Source: Octopus sinensis (Eukaryota). Taken from it: a DNA stretch of 64,000 nucleotides. A program made the translations under genes and the position numbers. The notes under the pieces were generated by a model. The model was given only the letters and a program-made list of their open reading frames with translations. It had not been told where the DNA came from and searched no databases. The stretch is from positions 9,920,001 to 9,984,000 of the forward strand of contig NC_043023.1 of NCBI RefSeq assembly GCF_006345805.1, in the 5' to 3' direction. Below, piece by piece: positions 53,085 through 64,000 of this stretch; the first letter of the stretch is position 1; every line of letters begins with the position of its first letter.

Positions 53085-53789
53085 CTTGGGAAATATTCCG
53101 TTTGCTGTATAGAAACGGGCAAGTGTCTTCTTCCAGTGAAAGCTATTGATATCTCTTCATGACAGACAGACAGACAAATGTGTGTGAAAAAGCCACTAAT
53201 GGTAATAAGATATTTGAAACAGAAGGGCAGCTGTTTTCCATGCTAGCATGGCAAACTATATGTATGTATATATCATCATCATCATCATCATCATCATCAT
53301 TTAGCGTCCGCTTTCCATGCTAGCATGGGTTGGACGGTTCAGCTGGGGTCTGTGAAGCCAGAAGGCTGCATCAGGCCCAGTCTGATCTGGCAGTGTTTCT
53401 ACGGCTGGATGCCTTTCCTAACGCCAACCACTCCGTGAGTGTAGTGGGTGCTTTTTACGTGCCAGACGGAGCTGGAAAACGGCGACGGACAGATGGTGCT
53501 TTTTATGTGCCACTGGCATGGGGACCAGGCGAGGCTGGCAACGGCCACAAACGGATAGTGCTACGTGCCACCGGCATGGGGGCCAGGCGAAGCTGGCAAC
53601 GGCCATCAACGGATGGTGCATTTTACGTTCCCCCGGCAAGGAGGCCAGTCGGGGCGGCGCTGGCAACGGCCACAATCGGATGGTTCGCTTACTTGTCACC
53701 GGCACTGGTATCACAGCTGCAATTTCCATTGATGTTGATTATATATATATAATAATAATATTAGGGAGTAAATCCAAACTTACAGGGAA

Positions 53790-55700
<1,911 letters not shown>

Positions 55701-55821
55701 GAATCTCGTGGAAACTCGGGTTTCAAACAAACAGAAAATCTGTAAAACTTTCTACCATTTGTAGAGTATAAGTGAATGGAAAATAGAATAAAACATTGCC
55801 TTGGAGAAGAGTTGAATACTG

Positions 55822-57438
55822 GACTGGAAGCATTCCGTCGGTTACGACGAGGGTTCCGGTTGATCCGAATCAACGGAACAGCCTGCTCGTGAAATTAACG
55901 TGCAAGTGGCTGAGCACTCCACAGACACGTGTACCCTTAACGTAGTTCTCAGGGATATTCAGCGTGACACAGAGAGTGACAAGGCCGGCCCCTTGAAATG
56001 GATGGAAGCACTCCATCGGTTACGACGACGAGGGTTCCGGTTGATCCGAATCAACGGAACAGCCTGCTCGTGAAATTGACGTGCAAGTGGCTGAGCACTC
56101 CACAGACACGTGTACCCTTAACATAGTTCTCGGGGATATTCAGCGTGACACAGAGAGTGACAAGGCCAGCCCTTTGAAATACAGGTACAACAGAAACAGG
56201 AAATAAGAGTGAGAGAAAGTTGTGGTGAAAGAGTACAGCAGGGATCACCACCATCCCCTGCCGGAGCCTCGGGTGGAAGCACTCAGTCGGTTACGACGAT
56301 GAGGGTTCCGGTTGATCCGAATCAACGGAACAGCCTGCTCGTGAAATTAACGTGCAAGTGGCTGAGCACTCCACAGACACGTGTACCTTTAACATAGTTC
56401 TCGGGGATATTCAGCGTGACAAGGCCGGCCCTTTGAAATACAGGTACAACAGAAACAGGAAGTAAGAGTGAGAGAAAATTGTGGTGAAAGAGTACAGCAG
56501 TGATCACCACCATCCCCTACCGGAGCCTCGTGGAGCTTTAGGTGTTTTTGCTCAATAAACACTCACTTACAATTATACTCATTTAGTATCATCAATATCA
56601 TCAGTTGGCTTCCATGTTCCATGCTAGCATGGATTGGATAGTTTGACAGGATCCAATGGGCCCAAAGACTGCGTGTCACTCCAGGGTCTACTTTGCCTTT
56701 GTTTCTGTACATCGTTGCTCTCCCTAATGTTAACAACTCTACACAGTGTGCAGTGGAGGCGCAATGGCCCAGTGGTTAGGGCAGCGGACTCGCGGTCATA
56801 GGATCGCGGTTTCGATACCATTTGTAGAGTATAAATGAATGAAAAATGGAATAAAACATTGCCTTGGAGAAGAGTTGAATACTATCAACATGCTAGGCCA
56901 TCATAAGACTGGTTTTATCGAAAACGATAAACACATTGAGTGCAGTTTGTATGCTAACAAAGAAGATATGCTTATACAGATAGACAGATGAGGCTACACT
57001 TATTTATAGATGCTCACACACGTCTAATGATGCATATGCATAGACACACAATCCTCAAACACTCACCTGATACATAAATGGATGGAAGCATTCCGTCGGT
57101 TCCGACGACGAGGGTTCCGGTTGATCCAAATCAACGGAACAGCCTGCTCATGAAATTAACGTGTAAGTGGCTGAGCACTCCACAGACACGTGTACCCTTA
57201 ACGTAGTTCTCGGGGATATTCAGCGTGACACAGAGAGTGACAAGGCCGGCCCCTTTGAAATACAGGTACAACAGAAACAGGAAGAAAGAGTGAGAGAAAG
57301 TTGTGGTGAAAGAGTACAGCAGGGATCACCACCATCCCCTGCCGGAGCCTCGTGGAGCCTTAGGTGTTTTCGCTCAATAAACACTCACAACGAAACCGCG
57401 AGTCTGCTGCCCTAACCACTGGGCCATTGCGCCTCCAC
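55822..57438. mobile_element. SINE-3 cluster: three tandem 3' portions (55822-56565 -), a head (56750-56817 +), a full copy (57079-57438 -)
   Basis: Repeated GGAAGCACTCCGTCGGTTACGACG tails. Confidence 0.85.
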
Positions 57439-57496
57439 TATGCATGAATATACTCATACACACATACATACACATAGATATATAAACATACTTTTC

Positions 57497-60400
57497 AAGG
57501 CGGTGATCTGGCAGAAGCGTTAGCACGCCGGGCGAAATGCTCAGTGGTATTTCGTCTGCCTTTACGTTCGGAGTTCAAATTCCACCGAGGTCGACTTTGC
57601 CTTTCATCCTTTCGGGGTCGATTAAATAACCACTGGTTCGATATAATCGACTTAATCCGTGTGTCTGTCCTTGTTTGTCCCCTCCGTATTTAGCCCCTTG
57701 TGGGTAGTAAAGAAATAGGTATTTCGTCTGCTGTTACGTTCTGAGTTCAAATTCCGCTCAGGTCGACTTTGCCTTTCATCCTTTCGGGGTCGATAAATTA
57801 AGTACCGGTTACGCACTGGGATCGATATAATCGACTTAATCCGTGTGTCTGTCCTTGTTTGTCCCCTCTATGTTTAGCCCCTTGTGGGTAGTAAAGAAAT
57901 AGCTATTTCGTCTGCCTTTACGTTCGGAGTTCAAATTCCACCGAGGTCGACTTTGCCTTTCATCCTTTCGGGGTCGATAAATTAAGTACCGGTTACGCAC
58001 TGGGATCGATATAATCGACTTAATCCCTTTGTCTGTCCTTGTTTGTCCCCTCTGTGTTTAGCCCCTTGTGGGTAGTAAAGAAATAGGTATTTCGTCTGCC
58101 TTTACGTTCGGAGTTCAAATTCCACCGAGGTCGACTTTGCCTTTCATCCTTTCGGGGTCGATAATTAAGTACCGGTTACGCACTGGGATCGATATAATCG
58201 ACTTAATCCCTTTGTCTGTCCTTGTTTGTCCCCTCTGTGTTTAGCCCCTTGTGGGTAGTAAAGAAATAGGTATTTCGTCTGCCTTTAAGTTCGGAGTTCA
58301 AATTCCACCGAGGTCGACTTTGCCTTTCATCCTTTCGGGGTCGATAAATTAAGTACCGTTTACGCACTGGGATCGATATAATCGACTTAATCCCTTTGTC
58401 TGTCCTTGTTTGTCCCCTCTGTGTTTAGCCCCTTGTGGGTAGTAAAGAAATAGGTATTTCGTCTGCTGTTACGTTCTGAGTTCAAATTCCGCTGAGGTCG
58501 ACTTTGCCTTTCATCCTTTCGGGGTCGATTAAATAACCACTGGTTCGATATAATCGACTTAATCCGTGTGTCTGTCCTTGTTTGTCCCCTCTGTGTTTAG
58601 CCCCTTGTGGGTAGTAAAGAAATAGGTATTTCGTCTGCTGTTACGTTCGGAGTTTAAATTCCGCCGAGGTCAACTTTGCCTTTCATCCATTCAGGGTCGA
58701 TAAATTAAGTACCGATTACGCACTGGAGTCGATGTAATCGACTTAATCCGTTTGTCTATCCTTGTTTGTCCCCTCTATGTTTAGCCCCTTGTGGGTAGTA
58801 AAGAAATAGGTATTTCGTCTGTTGTTACGTTCTGAGTTCAAATTCCGCTGAGGTCGACTTTGCCTTTCATCCTTTCGGGGTCGATAAATTAAGTACCGGT
58901 TACGCACTGGGATCGATATAATCGACTTAATCCGTGTGTCTGTCCTTGTTTGTCCCCTCTATGTTTAGCCCCTTGTGGGTAGTAAAGAAATAGGTATTTC
59001 GTCTGCCTTTACGTTCGGAGTTCAAATTCCACCGAGGTCGACTTTGCCTTTCATCCTTTCGGGGTCGATAAATTAAGTACCGGTTACGCACTGGGATCGA
59101 TATAATCGACTTAATCCCTTTGTCTGTCCTTGTTTGTCCCCTCTGTGTTTAGCCCCTTGTGGGTAGTAAAGAAATAGGTATTTCGTCTGCCTTTACGTTC
59201 GGAGTTCAAATTCCACCGAGGTCGACTTTGCCTTTCATCCTTTCGGGGTCGATAAATTAAGTACCGGTTACGCACTGGGATCGATATAATCGACTTAATC
59301 CCTTTGTCTGTCCTTGTTTGTCCCCCTTGTGTTTAGCCCCTTGTGGGTAGTAAAAAATAGGTATTTCGTCTGCCTTTACGTTCGGAGTTCAAATTCCACC
59401 GAGGTCGACTTTGCCTTTCATCCTTTCGGGGTCGATAAATTAAGTACCGGTTACGCACTGGGATCGATATAATCGACTTAATCCGTGTGTCTGTCCTTGT
59501 TTGTCCCCTCTGTGTTTAGCACCCTGTGGGTAGTAAAGAAATAGGTATTTCGTCTGCTGTACGTTCTGAGTTCAAATTCCGCTGAGGTCGACGTTGTCTT
59601 TCATCCTTTCGGGGTCGATTAAATAACCACTGGTTCGATATAATCGACTTAATCCGTGTGTCTGTCCTTGTTTGTCCCCTCTGTGTTTAGCCCCTTGTGG
59701 GTAGTAAAGAAATAGGTATTTCGTCTGCTGTTACGTTCTGAGTTCAAATTCCACCGAGGTCGACTTTGCCTTTCATCCTTTCGGGGTCGATAAATAAAGT
59801 ACCAGTTTCCCACTGGAGTCGATGTAATCGACTTAATTCCTTTGTCTGCCCTTGTTTGTCCCCTCTACGTTTAGCCCCTTGTGGGAGTAAAGAAATAGGT
59901 ATTTCGTCTGTCGTTACGTTCTGGAGTTCAAATTCCGCTCAGGTCGACTTTGCCTTTCATCCTTTCGGGGTCGATTAAATAACCACTGGTTCGATATAAT
60001 CGACTTAATCCGTGTGTCTGTCCTTTTTGTCCCCTCTGTGTTTAGCCCCTTGTGGTAGTAAAGAAATAGGTATTTCGTCTGCTGTTACGTTCTGAGTTCA
60101 AATTCCACCGAGGTCGACTTTGCCTTTCATCCTTTCGGGGTCGATAAATTAAGTACCGGTTACGCACTGGGATCGATATAATCGACTTAATCCGTGTGTC
60201 TGTCCTTGTTTGTCCCCTCTGTGTTTAGCCCCTTGTGGGTAGTAAAGAAATAGGTATTTCGTCTGCTGTTACGTTCTGAGTTCAAATTCCGCCGAGGTCG
60301 ACTTTGCCTTTCATCCTTTCGGGGTCGATTAAATAACCACTGGTTCGATATAATCGACTTAATCCGTGTGTCTGTCCTTGTTTGTCCCCTCCGTATTTAG

Positions 60401-63400
60401 CCCCTTGTGGGTAGTAAAGAAATAGGTATTTCGTCTGCTGTTACGTTCTGAGTTCAAATTCCGCCGAGGTCGACTTTGCCTTTCATCCTTTCGGGGTCGA
60501 TAAATTAAGTACCGGTTACGCACTGGGATCGATATAATCGACTTAATCCGTTTATCTGTCCTTGTTTGTCCCCTCTGTGTTTAGCACCTTGTGGGTAGTA
60601 AAGAAATAGGTATTTCGTCTGCTGTTACGTTCTGAGTTCAAATTCCGCTCAGGTCGACTTTGCCTTTCATCCTTTCGGGGTCGATTAAATAACCACTGGT
60701 TCGATATAATCGACTTAATCCGTGTGTCTGTCCTTGTTTGTCCCCTCTGTGTTTAGCCCCTTGTGGGTAGTAAGAAATAGGTATTTCGTCTGCTGTTACG
60801 TTCTGAGTTCAAATTCCGCTGAGGTCGACTTTGCCTTTCATCCTTTCGGGGTCGATTAAATAACCACTGGTTCGATATAATCGACTTAATCCGTGTGTCT
60901 GTCCTTGTTTTCCCCTCTGTTTTTAGCCCCTTGTGGGTAGTAAAGAAATAGGTATTTCGTCTGTTGTTACGTTCTGAGTTCAAATTCCGCCGAGGTCGAC
61001 TTTGCCTTTCATCCTTTCGGGGTCGATAAATTAAGTACCGGTTACGCACTGCGATCGATATAATCGACTTAATCCGTTTATCTGTCCTTGTTTGTCCCCT
61101 CTGTGTTTAGCACCTTGTGGGTAGTAAAGAAATAGGTATTTCGTCTGCTGTTACGTTCTGAGTTCAAATTCCGCTGAGGTCGACTTTGCCTTTCATCCTT
61201 TCGGGGTCGATTAAATAACCACTGGTTCGATATAATCGACTTAATCCGTGTGTCTGTCCTTGTTTGTCCCCTCTGTGTTTAGCCCCTTGTGGGTAGTAAA
61301 GAAATAGGTATTTCGTCTGTTGTTACGTTCTGAGTTCAAATTCCGCCGAGGTCGACTTTGCCTTTCATCCTTTCGGGGTCGATAAATTAAGTACCGGTTA
61401 CGCACTGGGATCGATATAATCGACTTAATCCTTTGTCTGTCCTTGTTTGTCCCCTCTGTGTTTAGCCCCTTGTGGTAGTAAAGAAATAGGTATTTCGTCT
61501 GCTGTTACGTTCTGAGTTCAAATTCCGCTGAGGTCGACGTTGCCTTTCATCCTTTCGGGGTCGATTAAATAACCACTGGTTCGATATAATCGACTTAATC
61601 CGTGTGTCTGTCCTTGTTTGTCCCCTCTGTGTTTAGCCCCTTGTGGTAGTAAAGAAATAGGTATTTCGTCTGCTGTTACGTTCTGAGTTCAAATTCCACC
61701 GAGGTCGACTTTGCCTTTCATCCTTTCGGGGTCGATAAATAAAGTACCAGTTTCCCACTGGAGTCGATGTAATCGACTTAATTCCTTTGTCTGCCCTTGT
61801 TTGTCCCCTCTACGTTTAGCCCCTTGTGGGCAGTAACGAAATAGGTATTTCGTCTGTCGTTACGTTCTGAGTTCAAATTCCGCTCAGGTCGACTTTGCCT
61901 TTCATCCTTTCGGGGTCGATTAAATAACCACTGGTTCGATATAATCGACTTAATCTGTGTCTGTCCTTGTTTGTCCCCTCTGTGTTTAGCCCCTTGTGGG
62001 TAGTAAAGAAATAGGTATTTCGTCTGCTGTTACGTTCTGAGTTCAAATTCCACCGAGGTCGACTTTGCCTTTCATCCTTTCGGGGTCGATAAATTAAGTA
62101 CCGGTTACGCACTGCGATCGATATAATCGACTTAATCCGTGTGTCTGTCCTTGTTTGTCCCCTCTGTGTTTAGCCCCTTGTGGGTAGTAAAGAAATAGGT
62201 ATTTCGTCTGCTGTTACGTTCTGAGTTCAAATTCCGCCGAGGTCGACTTTGCCTTTCATCCTTTCGGGGTCGATTAAATAACCACTGGTTCGATATAATC
62301 GACTTAATCCGTGTGTCTGTCCTTGTTTGTCCCCTCCGTATTTAGCCCCTTGTGGGTAGTAAAGAAATAGGTATTTCGTCTGCTGTTACGTTCTGAGTTC
62401 AAATTCCGCCGAGGTCGACTTTGCCTTTCATCCTTTCGGGGTCGATAATTAAGTACCGGTTACGCACTGGGATCGATATAATCGACTTAATCCGTTTATC
62501 TGTCCTTGTTTGTCCCCTCTGTGTTTAGCACCTTGTGGGTAGTAAAGAAATAGGTATTTCGTCTGCTGTTACGTTCTGAGTTCAAATTCCGCTGAGGTCG
62601 ACTTTGCCTTTCATCCTTTCGGGGTCGATTAAATAACCACTGGTTCGATATAATCGACTTAATCCGTGTGTCTGTCCTTGTTTGTCCCCTCTGTGTTTAG
62701 CCCCTTGTGGGTAGTAAAGAAATAGGTATTTCGTCTGCTGTTACGTTCTGAGTTCAAATTCCGCTGAGGTCGACTTTGCCTTTCATCCTTTCGGGGTCGA
62801 TTAAATAACCACTGGTTCGATATAATCGACTTAATCCGTGTGTCTGTCCTTGTTTGTCCCCTCTGTGTTTAGCCCCTTGTGGGTTAAAGAAATAGGTATT
62901 TCGTCTGTCGTTACGTTCTGAGTTCAAATTCCGCTCAGGTCGACTTTGCCTTTCATCCTTTCGGGGTCGATTAAATAACCACTGGTTCGATATAATCGAC
63001 TTAATCCGTGTGTCTGTCCTTGTTTGTCCCCTCTGTGTTTAGCCCCTTGTGGGTAGTAAAGAAATAGGTATTTCGTCTGCTGTTACGTTCTGAGTTCAAA
63101 TTCCACCGAGGTCGACTTTGCCTTTCATCCTTTCGGGGTCGATAAATTAAGTACCGGTTACGCACTGGGATCGATATAATCGACTTAATCCGTGTGTCTG
63201 TCCTTGTTTGTCCCCTCTGTGTTTAGCCCCTTGTGGGTAGTAAAGAAATAGGTATTTCGTCTGCTGTTACGTTCTGAGTTCAAATTCCGCCGAGGTCGAC
63301 TTTGCCTTTCATCCTTTCGGGGTCGATTAAATAACCACTGGTTCGATATAATCGACTTAATCCGTGTGTCTGTCCTTGTTTGTCCCCTCCGTATTTAGCC

Positions 63401-64000
63401 CCTTGTGGGTAGTAAAGAAATAGGTATTTCGTCTGCTGTTACGTTCTGAGTTCAAATTCCGCCGAGGTCGACTTTGCCTTTCATCCTTTCGGGGTCGATA
63501 AATTAAGTACCGGTTACGCACTGGGATCGATATAATCGACTTAATCCGTTTATCTGTCCTTGTTTGTCCCCTCTGTGTTTAGCCCCTTGTGGGTAGTAAA
63601 GAAATAGGTATTTCGTCTGCTGTTACGTTCTGAGTTCAAATTCCGCTGAGGTCGACTTTGCCTTTCATCCTTTCGGGGTCGATTAAATAACCACTGGTTC
63701 GATATAATCGACTTAATCCGTGTGTCTGTCCTTGTTTGTCCCCTCTGTGTTTAGCCCCTTGTGGGTAGTAAAGAAATAGGTATTTCGTCTGCTGTTACGT
63801 TCTGAGTTCAAATTCCGCTGAGGTCGACTTTGCCTTTCATCCTTTCGGGGTCGATTAAATAACCACTGGTTCGATATAATCGACTTAATCCGTGTGTCTG
63901 TCCTTGTTTGTCCCCTCTGTGTTTAGCCCCTTGTGGGTAGTAAAGAAATAGGTATTTCGTCTGTTGTTACGTTCTGAGTTCAATTCCGCCGAGGTCGACT
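57497..64000 (+). repeat. SINE-2-derived satellite, about 36 units of ~172/184 bp, running off the window
   Basis: Single head at 57497; long and short unit variants in recurring order. Confidence 0.95.

Overview
Eukaryotic, repeat-dense genomic DNA, very probably an octopus (inferred from the KRAB-less tandem C2H2 zinc-finger cluster and tRNA-derived SINE families typical of Octopus). Genes: four minus-strand C2H2 zinc-finger loci (ZNF-A 2128-3351; partial ZNF-B 4529-4969; ZNF-C 22148-23200 plus six in-frame fingers after a TAA; ZNF-D 46473-48278, about 21 fingers once three 1-bp deletions are repaired), a plus-strand two-exon ankyrin-repeat gene (36006-39850) and one tRNA-Trp(CCA) gene (18245-18316). 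The rest is four SINE-like families, RTE/CR1 LINE fragments, non-autonomous Helitrons, MITEs, a mariner remnant, Penelope-like fragments, microsatellites and one 100-N gap. Main observations: (1) all three long ZNF arrays end at a TAA in an inter-finger linker with further fingers behind it; (2) 3' ends of several unrelated retroposons and of one DNA transposon have been amplified into tandem arrays, one with higher-order repeats; (3) a type I hammerhead ribozyme fold with intact core on the minus strand at 14409-14484; (4) several long inverted repeats inside or next to transcription units. Most coding frameshifts are 1-bp deletions in homopolymers and may be assembly errors. All coordinates were counted by eye; repeat boundaries are approximate and no searches were run.
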